32,000 nt of DNA, taken from Acholeplasma laidlawii PG-8A. GTDB lineage: Bacteria; Bacillota_I; Bacilli_A; Acholeplasmatales; Acholeplasmataceae. Shown piece after piece: positions 8,496-18,292 of the stretch. A program made the position numbers and the translations under genes. Location of the stretch: assembly GCF_000018785.1 (NCBI RefSeq), contig NC_010163.1:270001-302000 (forward strand). The letters are read 5' to 3'. The notes below the pieces were generated by a model. It searched no databases, had not been told where the DNA came from, and worked only from the letters and a program-made list of their open reading frames with translations. How positions within the stretch are numbered: position 1 is the first letter of the stretch; each line of letters opens with the position of its first letter.

Positions 8496-11420
8496 GTGAA
8501 GCATTTGAAAAAAATACATATTATACTTTTAGTGTTATTAATTGCGTTTATTACGTTCTTAGTTACGGATACACTAAAGATAGCTTTTGACACAGATCAT
8601 TTAAAATATAACGTCAAATTAGATGTTGAGTCTAATAGAGATACAGAAAATGATTCCTATGTCAAAAACTATCAAAATTACATTGCATCAAATCCAGCAA
8701 CATATCCAAAAGATAAAACAATCCTTGTTTCAGCTAAGGATTTTACACATATTGAGGGGAATTATGAAATCATCAATAATTTTAATGGTGTTGCGGAATC
8801 AGTATTAACTCATGAGGTTGGATCTATTAGTTTACCTGTTGATATTGAAGAAGCAGGATTTTACACTATTAGAGTGAATTACTACGCTTATGAAGGAAAA
8901 AGTTCAGCGATTGAAAGGCGCGTTTTTATTAATGGAGTAGTTCCATTTGATGCAGCTGAAAACGTATTATTCCAACGTTACTACGGTAATGCCGCTGTTA
9001 TTTATCAAGATTACGCAGGTAATGATATTAGACCAAGTCAAGTTGAAAAACCAATTTGGACATCCAAATTGATTGGTGACCCACTTGGTTATATAACAGA
9101 ACCATTCAATTTTTATTTAAATTCTGGTACAAACGTTATTAAATTTGAAAGTTTAAGAGAACCATTATTAATTGATTCTATAGTCATAGAATCGGTAAAA
9201 ACTTTACCAACTTATGAAGATGTTAAAGCACAATATGAGGCTAATAACTATGAAGTTGCTAAAGAAGAACTTCAATTTGTTCAAGCAGAAGATGCTGTTC
9301 GTACGACTTCCCCAACGCTATATCCTTTAAATGATCGTACATCATCAAGAACTATGCCATCCGACCCTACTTTAATCAAATTAAATACCATTGGTGGTAC
9401 AAACTGGGATAAAGCAGGTGATCAAATTACATGGACATTTGAGGTACCAAAGACTGGTCTTTATGAAATTTCCATGCGCGTAAAACAAAGATTGGCTAAT
9501 GGTATGGTCGTCTTTAGAGATATTTATATTGATGGCGAAATTCCATTTGCTGAAATGGAAGGATATGCATTTAAATTCTCTAATGACTGGAGAGTCCAAA
9601 CATTAGGAACAAATGAAGAATCATTCTTATTTTATTTAGAAGAGGGTACTCATGAGTTGACAATGGAAGTATCGTTAGGTATTTATGGTCAACTTATTTC
9701 AGATTTACAAGATGTTATCGATAATTTAAATAAAATCTATCGTGAAATATTAATTTACACAGGACCTAGTCCTGACCCATTTAGAGATTATGAATTAGCA
9801 AACCGTATACCTAATTTAATTTCTAGATTCAAAAGTGAATTAGAACAAGCAAAATACATTAGAGAAACACTAATTGAAGTGTCTGGCAATAGAAGTGAAA
9901 AAACTGGTATCCTGGATACTGTTATTCTTCAATTACAAGACTTTATCAAGCGTCCTCGTAGTATTCAAAACAGTTTATCAACATATGTTTCAAACATATC
10001 TTCATTAGGTACATTAGTTATTCTTTTATCTAGTCAACCACTTGAAATTGATTATTTTGTGCTACATGAACCAGGTGCTAAAATGCCACAATCAACACCA
10101 AGTTTCTTTGAAAGTACATGGTTTGGATTTAGATCGTTTTTAGCTACGTTTACTACAGATTTCTCTGCTGTAGGTCGCGTGGATACTGGTGAAGTAAATG
10201 AAACTATTGAAGTTTGGTTATCTATAGGTCAAGACCAAGCAAACATTCTTAGAAAATTAATTGACGAAACATTTGCCCCGGAAAATCAAATTCAAGTAGA
10301 CTTGAAATTGGTTTCAGGTGCATCATTATTACCTGCTACACTATCAGGTAGAGGGCCTGACGTGGCTATTGGCCAAGCAGACTCAACACCTGTAAACTAT
10401 GCTATGCGTAATGCTGTTTATGATTTAACTCAGTTTGATGACTTTGACGAAATTGCACAAAGATTTATGCCAAGTGCATTAGTACCATATGAATTTGATG
10501 GTAGCTATTATGCATTACCAGAACAACAAATATTTTTAATGATGTTCTATAGAACGGATATTTTTGAAGAGTTAGGTTTAACACCTCCAAATACTTGGAG
10601 AGAAGTTGTTGAAATGATTCCTTCATTACAAAAACATAATTTAGAATTTTATTTACCTGTTCCATTAACTCAAGGTGCTGCAATCATCTTGCCACCAAAC
10701 CCAATATTCTCTACAATGTTCTACCAAAATGATGGTCAGTTCTATATTGATGGTGACAGACAAGCAGGATTTAATGAAGGTAATGGACCTAAAGTATTTG
10801 AACAATGGTCATCATTCTATACAAACTATTCATTCCCGGTAGAAGCGAACTTTAATAACCGTTTTAGAAGTGGTCAAATGCCTATTGGTATTTCTTACTA
10901 CAATACATATAACGTGTTAAGTGTCTTTGCTCCAGAAATCCGTGGTAAATGGAACTTCGTAGCTGTACCTGGTACAGAGTATGTTGATGAACATGGTCAA
11001 ACTCAAATTAGACGTGAAACTGTATCAACAGGTACAGGTGGTATTATCCTAAATCAATCGAATAAAAAAGAAGAGTCATGGGAATTCTTAAAATGGTGGA
11101 CATCTACTGAAACTCAAATGCGTTTTGGTCGTGAACTAGAAGGTATTTTAGGAGCAGCTGCTAGATATCCAACTGCTAACATAGAAGCTATGGAACAATT
11201 ACCATGGACAGTCGATGAATTAACAAAACTGAAAGAACAATGGGCATGGGTACGTGGTATTCCTGAAGTTCCAGGTGGTTATATGACGGGTCGTCATTTA
11301 GACAATGCATTTAGACTTGTATTAAATGAAGCAGCGAACCCACGTGAAACTATTTATGATTACGTACAAATGATTAATGAAGAATTAGCGAAGAAACGCC
11401 GCGAATTCGGATTAGATTAA
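8496..11420 (+). CDS. Membrane-anchored giant solute-binding protein: two tandem CBM-like beta-sandwich modules, a helical linker and a C-terminal SBP_bac_1-type domain
   Basis: The N-terminal TM helix is IHIILLVLLIAFITFLV, with no lipobox. An internal duplication is visible: AGFYTIRVNYYAYEGKSSAIERRVFINGVVPF versus TGLYEISMRVKQRLANGMVVFRDIYIDGEIPF, and FNFYLNSGTNVIKFE versus FLFYLEEGTHELTME. The C-terminal ~400 aa resemble sugar SBPs. The start is ambiguous: GTG at 8496 or TTG at 8505 (MKKIHII...), the latter 6 nt after GAGGTG. Confidence 0.85.
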   Translation: MKHLKKIHIILLVLLIAFITFLVTDTLKIAFDTDHLKYNVKLDVESNRDTENDSYVKNYQNYIASNPATYPKDKTILVSAKDFTHIEGNYEIINNFNGVAESVLTHEVGSISLPVDIEEAGFYTIRVNYYAYEGKSSAIERRVFINGVVPFDAAENVLFQRYYGNAAVIYQDYAGNDIRPSQVEKPIWTSKLIGDPLGYITEPFNFYLNSGTNVIKFESLREPLLIDSIVIESVKTLPTYEDVKAQYEANNYEVAKEELQFVQAEDAVRTTSPTLYPLNDRTSSRTMPSDPTLIKLNTIGGTNWDKAGDQITWTFEVPKTGLYEISMRVKQRLANGMVVFRDIYIDGEIPFAEMEGYAFKFSNDWRVQTLGTNEESFLFYLEEGTHELTMEVSLGIYGQLISDLQDVIDNLNKIYREILIYTGPSPDPFRDYELANRIPNLISRFKSELEQAKYIRETLIEVSGNRSEKTGILDTVILQLQDFIKRPRSIQNSLSTYVSNISSLGTLVILLSSQPLEIDYFVLHEPGAKMPQSTPSFFESTWFGFRSFLATFTTDFSAVGRVDTGEVNETIEVWLSIGQDQANILRKLIDETFAPENQIQVDLKLVSGASLLPATLSGRGPDVAIGQADSTPVNYAMRNAVYDLTQFDDFDEIAQRFMPSALVPYEFDGSYYALPEQQIFLMMFYRTDIFEELGLTPPNTWREVVEMIPSLQKHNLEFYLPVPLTQGAAIILPPNPIFSTMFYQNDGQFYIDGDRQAGFNEGNGPKVFEQWSSFYTNYSFPVEANFNNRFRSGQMPIGISYYNTYNVLSVFAPEIRGKWNFVAVPGTEYVDEHGQTQIRRETVSTGTGGIILNQSNKKEESWEFLKWWTSTETQMRFGRELEGILGAAARYPTANIEAMEQLPWTVDELTKLKEQWAWVRGIPEVPGGYMTGRHLDNAFRLVLNEAANPRETIYDYVQMINEELAKKRREFGLD

Positions 11421-11434
11421 GAAAGAGGGTCTAT

Positions 11435-12364
11435 ATGCAAGCAACAATTAAACGAGATTTCAAAACTAGATCCAAACAAATGTGGAAAGAGATGAAAGAA
11501 GCCAAACATTTATATGTTTTAATGGCACCTTTTATCATACTATTCTTCACTTTCACAATCATTCCGGTTGTTATGTCACTTGGTATTAGTTTTACACAGT
11601 TTAATATGTTAGAAGCACCTCGTTTTGTGGGCTTTGATAACTATATTAAATTGTTATTAGATGATGAAATATTCATCATCGCTATTAGAAATACACTAGT
11701 ATTGGCGGTTGTTACCGGACCAGTATCCTATTTATTAGCATTCGTATTTGCTTGGTTAATTAACGAGCTTAAACCAAAATTACGTGCATTTATGACTTTA
11801 GTCTTTTATGCACCCTCAATTAGCGGTAATGCATTTTTAATTTGGTTACTTATCTTTTCTGGTGATGTTCATGGATATGCCAATGCATTCTTAATGCAAT
11901 TTGGTATTATCAATAACCCGATACTGTGGTTAAGAGATCCAGATTACATGCTATTTGTTATTATCCTAGTTCAATTATGGTTAAGTTTAGGTGTGTCCTT
12001 CCTTGCCTTCATTGCTGGGTTACAAAGTGTGGATAAAACACTTTACGAAGCAGGTAGTATTGATGGAATCAAAAACAGATGGCAAGAATTATGGTTTATT
12101 ACAATTCCAAGTATGAAACCACAATTATTATTTGGTGCCGTAATGCAAATTACCACATCCCTTGCGATTGCAGAAGTTTCTATGCAGCTTGTAGGGTTCC
12201 CATCTGTACAGTATGAAGGACATACAATTGTAACGCACTTAATTGACTATGGGTCCATTCGCTTTGACTTAGGTTATGCCTCAGCAATTGCGACTATCCT
12301 ATTTATAATTATGATTAGTGCCAACTTAATTGTCCAAAAATTCTTAAGAAAGTTGGGTGAATAA
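11435..12364 (+). CDS. Carbohydrate ABC transporter permease (MalF/LplB-like), pair 1
   Basis: The protein is multi-TM. It has the EAA-loop motif YEAGSIDGIKNRWQELWFITIPSMKP and a basic N-terminal segment typical of LplB/YteP-type permeases. Confidence 0.9.
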   Translation: MQATIKRDFKTRSKQMWKEMKEAKHLYVLMAPFIILFFTFTIIPVVMSLGISFTQFNMLEAPRFVGFDNYIKLLLDDEIFIIAIRNTLVLAVVTGPVSYLLAFVFAWLINELKPKLRAFMTLVFYAPSISGNAFLIWLLIFSGDVHGYANAFLMQFGIINNPILWLRDPDYMLFVIILVQLWLSLGVSFLAFIAGLQSVDKTLYEAGSIDGIKNRWQELWFITIPSMKPQLLFGAVMQITTSLAIAEVSMQLVGFPSVQYEGHTIVTHLIDYGSIRFDLGYASAIATILFIIMISANLIVQKFLRKLGE

Positions 12365-12366
12365 TT

Positions 12367-13251
12367 ATGCAAATCGTAAAAGATTTCATGATGAAAAGAA
12401 AAATCAAGAAGAAAAAAAGACTCAACCGTTCTATAGGTGGAGACATTGCGTTATTCATTTTACTAGCATTGTTTGGTATTTTCTCAGCTTATCCATTAAT
12501 TATGACTGCATCTAATGCATTCAAACCACTAGATGAGTTGTTTGTTTTCCCACCAACATTATTACCAAGAAACTTAACATTCAATAACTTTAGAGACTTA
12601 TCTGAATTAATTGGAAACTCTTGGATACCATTCTCTAGATACTTCTTTAATACAATATTTGTAACAGTAGTCGGTACAGCAGGACACGTACTAATCGCTA
12701 GTATGTGTGCTTACCCACTTGCTAAATACAAATTTCCAGGATCAAAGATTATATTCATGTTAGTAGTGTACTCATTAATGTTTGCACCTCAAGTTACTGC
12801 TACACCAAACTATATTATCGTATCTTGGGTTGGTTTAATTGATACACCATGGGCAATTATTTTCCCTGCAATCGCTTCTTCACTAGGTTTATACTTAATG
12901 AAGCAATTTATGGAACAAGTGCCTACGGAGTTAATTGAGTCAGCTAAAATCGATGGTGCAAGTGAATATCGTATATTTTTCCAAATTGTTATGCCACTGG
13001 TAAAACCAGCATGGTTGACATTAATTATTTTACTCTTCCAAAGACTATGGACTACTGATGGTGGTGCATTTATCTTCAGTGAAGAATTGAAACCTCTATC
13101 ATTTGCACTACGTCAAATTGCACAAGGATCTATTGAACGTGCAGGGACAGTTGCAGCAGTAGGGTTTATTATGATGATTGTTCCAGTTGTGTTCTTTATA
13201 TTCTCACAATCTAAGATTGTGGAAACATTTAGTACATCTGGTCTGAAATAG
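12367..13251 (+). CDS. Carbohydrate ABC transporter permease (MalG/LplC-like), pair 1
   Basis: The EAA loop reads ESAKIDGASEYRIFFQIVMPLVKPA. There are about six predicted hydrophobic helices. A 2-nt gap separates it from the upstream permease. Confidence 0.9.
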   Translation: MQIVKDFMMKRKIKKKKRLNRSIGGDIALFILLALFGIFSAYPLIMTASNAFKPLDELFVFPPTLLPRNLTFNNFRDLSELIGNSWIPFSRYFFNTIFVTVVGTAGHVLIASMCAYPLAKYKFPGSKIIFMLVVYSLMFAPQVTATPNYIIVSWVGLIDTPWAIIFPAIASSLGLYLMKQFMEQVPTELIESAKIDGASEYRIFFQIVMPLVKPAWLTLIILLFQRLWTTDGGAFIFSEELKPLSFALRQIAQGSIERAGTVAAVGFIMMIVPVVFFIFSQSKIVETFSTSGLK

Positions 13252-13260
13252 GAGGATTAT

Positions 13261-15075
13261 ATGAAATTATTTACACTCATATCTCTTTTATTTACATTAC
13301 CATTAAACTTTTCAATTATAAGATATAACTTCTCATACTATGGTGATGTAATTCATTCAGCGCCAGGCTTAAGTTATGCACAGACTTTTAGTGAGAGAAC
13401 ACTAGAAACTGATATGGTCACTCCTGAAGATCTTGTGGTTTATGAAAACGAAATATATATTATATCTAGTGGTTCTAATGCATTAATCGTTGTGAATAAT
13501 AATTTTGAATTAAACCAATCTGTGAAATCATTTGAGATAAGCACAGCATACAGAAATTTTCTATTTGACACTACTGAGGGTTTATTAGAAGCTCATACAA
13601 CGCTTAAGTCAGATGTAGCAGTCCAGCTAAATACTGCAAAATTAAATGCTAATGAAAGTATGGCATCTCTAGTATTCTTAGAAGCTGAAGCTAAAAATGT
13701 ATTTATAGCAGATATTGATGCTCTACATGCAACACTTAACACAAAAGTTACATCAAGTTTTAATCCATCAACTATTGTTGGCACAATTACAGAAGCTAAT
13801 ACAGAGTTTAAAAAAATTGTTGATCTAGCAATTGATGCAGATGAAGCAGCAAGAATTGAAAAAGGATTAGAACGTGGTGAGAACACAGTTTTAAACTATA
13901 AAAATGCTACATCGGTTGAAAAGGACGAAATCCTTAACGTATTGGAAGCACAAACATTAAACGGACCTATGGGACTTGATGTTCAGCATACTGGTATCTA
14001 TATTGCAGATACTGGTAATAATCGTATTGTAAAATTAAATCATAACTTCGAGGTAGTAGATTTATTTACTGAAGTTGATGATGTAACCTTTGAAACAGTC
14101 GACTTTATTCCTGTAAAAATTACTACAGACTCAACGGGTAGAATGTATGTTGTAGCTAGAGAAATTTACGAAGGTATTTTAGAATTAGATACTGACGGAT
14201 CATTTAACAGATACACAGGGGTCAACCCAATCACTTTATCTCCAATTGATATCTTTAACCGCTTTTGGATGAGTGATGCACAAATTGACAAATTACCTAA
14301 GTTCTTACCTACAAGTTATACAAACGTTACAATGAACTCAGAAAACTTTATTTATGCAACCTCATTACCATCTACAAACAACTCTGATAACATGATTCAA
14401 TTAATCAACCCTAAAGGTGTTGACGTACTTATCCGTAATGGATACCACGTACCAAAAGGAGACATACAATTTGTTGAAGGCATGAATAACTACGTTATCG
14501 ATGGTCCATCAAGACTAGTAGATATTGCAGTGTACCAAGATGGTATTTATACAGTATTAGACGCTAAACGTTCAAGATTATTTACTTATGACTCAGAAGG
14601 TAACCTATTATATGTTAATGGTGAAGCTGGTCAACAATTAGATAAATTCACAAACGGTGTAGCACTTGCTTATTTTGGTGATAATTTATTAGTATTAGAC
14701 AAAGAACTTAGAACAGTTATAGTTTATGAACACACAGAATTTGGATCTAAAGTAAATGAGGCAATTCATCACCATGAAAATGGAGAATTTGAATTAGCAG
14801 CTCAACTATGGGAAGAAGTCTTAGTATTAAATACAAACTATGAAGTAGCATACAACGGTATTGGTAAGTATCATTTAAGAAATGGTGATTATGAAAAAGC
14901 TATGGAATATTTCCAATATGGCTATGACAAATATTACTATTCAAGAGCTTATAAATCATATCGTAATGAGTTAATTAAATCAAACTTTGGTTACATTATG
15001 CTTGTTGTATTATTAATTCCTACAGCACTGATTACATTAAAACAAATTAAAAAAAGAAAGGGTAGACTAAAATAA
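13261..15075 (+). CDS. Extracytoplasmic NHL-type beta-propeller protein with a C-terminal TPR segment and C-terminal TM anchor; function unknown
   Basis: The N-terminus is hydrophobic. NHL-like blades are present (for example GLDVQHTGIYIADTGNNRIVKLN, TDSTGRMYVVARE, LVDIAVYQDGIYTVLDAKRSRLFTYDSEGN). A helical insert of ~120 aa sits between the first two blades. The TPR-like part reads GEFELAAQLWEEVLVLNTNYEVAYNGIGKYHLRNGDYEKAMEYF. The terminal helix FGYIMLVVLLIPTALITL is followed by KQIKKRKGRLK. The RBS AGGAGG lies upstream. Confidence 0.8.
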   Translation: MKLFTLISLLFTLPLNFSIIRYNFSYYGDVIHSAPGLSYAQTFSERTLETDMVTPEDLVVYENEIYIISSGSNALIVVNNNFELNQSVKSFEISTAYRNFLFDTTEGLLEAHTTLKSDVAVQLNTAKLNANESMASLVFLEAEAKNVFIADIDALHATLNTKVTSSFNPSTIVGTITEANTEFKKIVDLAIDADEAARIEKGLERGENTVLNYKNATSVEKDEILNVLEAQTLNGPMGLDVQHTGIYIADTGNNRIVKLNHNFEVVDLFTEVDDVTFETVDFIPVKITTDSTGRMYVVAREIYEGILELDTDGSFNRYTGVNPITLSPIDIFNRFWMSDAQIDKLPKFLPTSYTNVTMNSENFIYATSLPSTNNSDNMIQLINPKGVDVLIRNGYHVPKGDIQFVEGMNNYVIDGPSRLVDIAVYQDGIYTVLDAKRSRLFTYDSEGNLLYVNGEAGQQLDKFTNGVALAYFGDNLLVLDKELRTVIVYEHTEFGSKVNEAIHHHENGEFELAAQLWEEVLVLNTNYEVAYNGIGKYHLRNGDYEKAMEYFQYGYDKYYYSRAYKSYRNELIKSNFGYIMLVVLLIPTALITLKQIKKRKGRLK

Positions 15076-15713
15076 TGAATAAAATTAAAAATATTTTAAC
15101 AGATTATCTATCCTTTCCTAAATATTTAATGATGCATCCATTTGATGGATATGATGAATTTAAAACAGAAAAGAAGGGTAAATTGAGTGTTGCGATCGTT
15201 TTTATTGCACTGTTTGCATTATTACGTATCTTAACTTATCAGTATGAAAGTTTCTTAATTAATGAACGTAATCCAATGTTAATTAATAACCTACAAGAAA
15301 TCTTTGTAGTTGGATTATTAGTCATTTTATTTGTAACTGCAAACTGGTCAGTCACAACACTAATGGAAGGTAAAGGGAAATTTAAAGAAATCCTTATGGT
15401 AACAGGTTATGCATTATTCCCTATTATCATTATTGGTTACCCAGCCTTACTTATTTCAAACTTCTTAACATTAGATGAAATGGCATTTTATACACTTGCA
15501 GTAGGTGTTGCATATTTCTTAACGGGTTGGATGTTGTTTATGGGTATTTTAAATATCCATCAATACGGTCTATTAAAGACAATTATGGCATTTCTTGCAA
15601 CTGTTATATCTATGATGGTGATGATGTTCTTAGGATTATTATTCTTTGACGTTATTCAACAAATCATCTCATTCATTTCTGCAATCATTGAAGAATTGGG
15701 GTTACGAAGATGA
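15075..15713 (+). CDS. Yip1-family polytopic membrane protein
   Basis: The protein is 212 aa. A cytoplasmic N-terminal segment (PFDGYDEFK) is followed by about 5 hydrophobic helices, the architecture of bacterial Yip1-domain proteins. It is coupled on both sides: TAATG with the upstream gene and ATGA with the downstream gene. Confidence 0.7.
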   Translation: MNKIKNILTDYLSFPKYLMMHPFDGYDEFKTEKKGKLSVAIVFIALFALLRILTYQYESFLINERNPMLINNLQEIFVVGLLVILFVTANWSVTTLMEGKGKFKEILMVTGYALFPIIIIGYPALLISNFLTLDEMAFYTLAVGVAYFLTGWMLFMGILNIHQYGLLKTIMAFLATVISMMVMMFLGLLFFDVIQQIISFISAIIEELGLRR

Positions 15714-18292
15714 TATTTATTAAAAAACATTATATTAAACTAATTATTGGTTTTCTTGGATTTGCTTTAATTGCATTTGTTGCGATTGGGGTACCACTTT
15801 CTAAAACAACTTATGCACATCAGACCACTCAAAGTTTTGACAAAGAAGGGTTTGTAGAAGCAACTAAAGATTCTAATCCAAATAAACTTGTTGCTGAAAA
15901 TGCAAACTACCAATTATTTTTAGATGAAACAACTTCATACTTTAAAGTTGTTGATAAAGCATCAGGCTATGTCTGGGAGTCCAACCCAAGCGTTGAAGAC
16001 GACCGATTAGGTACAACGCCAGCTGCTAAAAATAGACAAAAAGCTACATTAGAATATAACTATTATAATGAGGCTGGTTCTGTTGCAACATCTAATAACT
16101 ATGCACTAAGTATTTCTCACCCACAAGGTGTGAAAAATGATGCTGGTGAACGTACTTACCAAATTCGTTATGTAGAAAATGGGTTCCAAGTATTATATGT
16201 CATTGGTAATATTGATATTACAAACTTATATTTCCCAAGATATATCTCAAGTGAATTAATGGAATCTTTCGATCCGGATATACGTGCAGAATTAGAATTA
16301 TTCGCATATGGCCAATTTGATGCCGAATTAGATGCATTCTTTATTCAATCTTATTCAACTGAATTAGCTCGTGGTGTTAAAACAAGACTTTATAGAATTT
16401 TCTATGAAACGCTAGGTTATACATTAGAGGATATTCAAGAAATGAATTTCGAATATGGCATCACAGAAGAAGCTGAACAAACTGAATTTGAAATTGCTGT
16501 AGAAGTTAAATTAGAATCACATGGTATTAATGCAAAAATTATTAGAGACTCCATCGTTGAAAGAAATGGTAGATTATCTGAAATATCATTATATCCAATG
16601 TTTGGTACAGCACATATGACTGTTAATAATGAGGACTCACAAGGTTACTTATTTATTCCAGATGGTAGTGGTGCTATTATGGAATTTAATAATGGTAAAA
16701 CAAACCAGTCAGCTTATAGAAAGCGTCTTTATGGTATGGATTTATCCCAAATGCCAATGAAGATGGCTGAACAACAACAAAAAATTAGTTTACCAGTCTT
16801 TGGTATGGTGAAAGAAGAAAATGGATTTGCAGCAATCATCACAGAAGGTGATGCAATGGCTTATGTGAATGCTGACGTTTCAAACCGTAGAGACTCATAC
16901 AACCGTATTTATGCTTCATTCCAAATTAGAGAAACTGAACAAGTTATCTTAGGTTCTGGATTCAACCAATATGGTATTACATTACTTACAAAAGATATTG
17001 TAAAAACTGATTTTGAAGTAGAGTTCCACTTTATTAAAGGCTTAGAAAACAACTATGCAGGGATTGCTAAAGTATATCGTGATTACTTAATTGAAAATCA
17101 TGGCTTAACAAAAACTGATCATACAAATACGATTCAATTAACTGCAGAATTCTTAGGTGCATTTGATAAAAAAGATTTCTTCTTAGGTATTCCTTACACT
17201 TCTTTAGACAGTCTAACTACATTCAAACAAGCACTTGAAATACTTGATGAATTAGAAACACGTGGTATTAATGATATCAATGTGAACTATCTAGGTGCTG
17301 CAAATGGTGGTTTAGTCAACCAATTATATGATAGAAATACCATTCCTTCAGTTTTAGGTGGTAAATCTGAGTTTGTTAAATTCAATGATGAACTCACAGG
17401 ACGTGGTATTGATCTATATCAAAATGTGAATTTTGTATCTACAAAATCATATAGAGGTATATTCGATGAATCAATGTACAATACAAAGAGAATTCGTGGT
17501 TCACAATCACTATTATATGGATACCATTACCCATCACTTCTACCAAGTTCAGAACTTCCAACTGGTAAGAATTTAGACCAATACCTTTTAAATCCACTTT
17601 ACTATCAGGCGTTATATAACAAATTTAGTAAAGAAGTATATACAAATGGACTAAGTTTAGGTATGATTGGTTCACAAATTGTGTCTAATCATGATTTTAA
17701 CAATACAATTTACAAGCAAGATGCTTTAATTATTCAAAAGAACTTATTAGAGACAATTAATGAAGATATGATGATCTCAAATCCACTTGGATTTGCTATT
17801 CCATATGCTACAAGATTTGATAGTCTACCTACAGAAACCACATTATATGGTTTAATTGATTATCCAGTTCCATTTACGCAACTAGTATTAAGTGGGTATA
17901 AAGATTACACGGCAGACTCTATGAACTTATCAAGTAACCGTAGTCCGAGATTCCAATTCTTAAAAGCTTTAGAAACGGGATCAAACATTAAATATACGTT
18001 ATCTTATGATAGTTCTCAAAAATTACTCAACACAGAGCATAACCAATATATGTCAACGCACTATATTAACTGGTTAGACACAATTGAAGCTCAAGTTAAA
18101 GAATTAAATACAATTAATATTTCAAGCGGTGCTTTAATTGCACACGAAAAACTAGCAAACTTTAATAACGTATACAAAGTAGGTTATTCTAACAACTTAG
18201 AAATGATCATTAACTACAACCTATTTAGTATCACAGTAGAAGGTGTAACAATTCCAGCAATGGATTACCATATTACGAGAGGAGCAGCCTAA
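15710..18292 (+). CDS. Membrane-anchored ~860-aa extracytoplasmic protein, DUF5696-like; function unknown
   Basis: There is a single N-terminal TM helix ([18 protein letters not shown]) and a large soluble domain with no motif I can assign to a characterised enzyme family. The size and the position after a Yip1 gene match what databases label DUF5696 (recalled, not verified). The stop overlaps the next start (TAATG). Confidence 0.7.
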   Translation: MIFIKKHYIKLIIGFLGFALIAFVAIGVPLSKTTYAHQTTQSFDKEGFVEATKDSNPNKLVAENANYQLFLDETTSYFKVVDKASGYVWESNPSVEDDRLGTTPAAKNRQKATLEYNYYNEAGSVATSNNYALSISHPQGVKNDAGERTYQIRYVENGFQVLYVIGNIDITNLYFPRYISSELMESFDPDIRAELELFAYGQFDAELDAFFIQSYSTELARGVKTRLYRIFYETLGYTLEDIQEMNFEYGITEEAEQTEFEIAVEVKLESHGINAKIIRDSIVERNGRLSEISLYPMFGTAHMTVNNEDSQGYLFIPDGSGAIMEFNNGKTNQSAYRKRLYGMDLSQMPMKMAEQQQKISLPVFGMVKEENGFAAIITEGDAMAYVNADVSNRRDSYNRIYASFQIRETEQVILGSGFNQYGITLLTKDIVKTDFEVEFHFIKGLENNYAGIAKVYRDYLIENHGLTKTDHTNTIQLTAEFLGAFDKKDFFLGIPYTSLDSLTTFKQALEILDELETRGINDINVNYLGAANGGLVNQLYDRNTIPSVLGGKSEFVKFNDELTGRGIDLYQNVNFVSTKSYRGIFDESMYNTKRIRGSQSLLYGYHYPSLLPSSELPTGKNLDQYLLNPLYYQALYNKFSKEVYTNGLSLGMIGSQIVSNHDFNNTIYKQDALIIQKNLLETINEDMMISNPLGFAIPYATRFDSLPTETTLYGLIDYPVPFTQLVLSGYKDYTADSMNLSSNRSPRFQFLKALETGSNIKYTLSYDSSQKLLNTEHNQYMSTHYINWLDTIEAQVKELNTINISSGALIAHEKLANFNNVYKVGYSNNLEMIINYNLFSITVEGVTIPAMDYHITRGAA

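Noticed and set aside
8623-8808. 61-aa + strand alternative-frame ORF within the giant SBP gene
   Set aside because: It is out of frame inside a 974-aa ORF, has no RBS, and its composition reflects frame-shifted codons.
57-10683. Short - strand ORFs from the track: 57-299, 1406-1597, 2834-3100, 6819-7046, 7102-7284, 9381-9599 and 10465-10683
   Set aside because: Each lies antisense inside a long + strand gene with clear family motifs, has no RBS or promoter, and encodes low-complexity or Ser/Val/Ile-rich peptides typical of shadow ORFs.
13593-13886. 97-aa - strand ORF opposite the helical insert of the NHL protein
   Set aside because: It is antisense to Ala/Glu/Leu-rich coding sequence, which commonly leaves the reverse frame open. 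It has no start context or family similarity.
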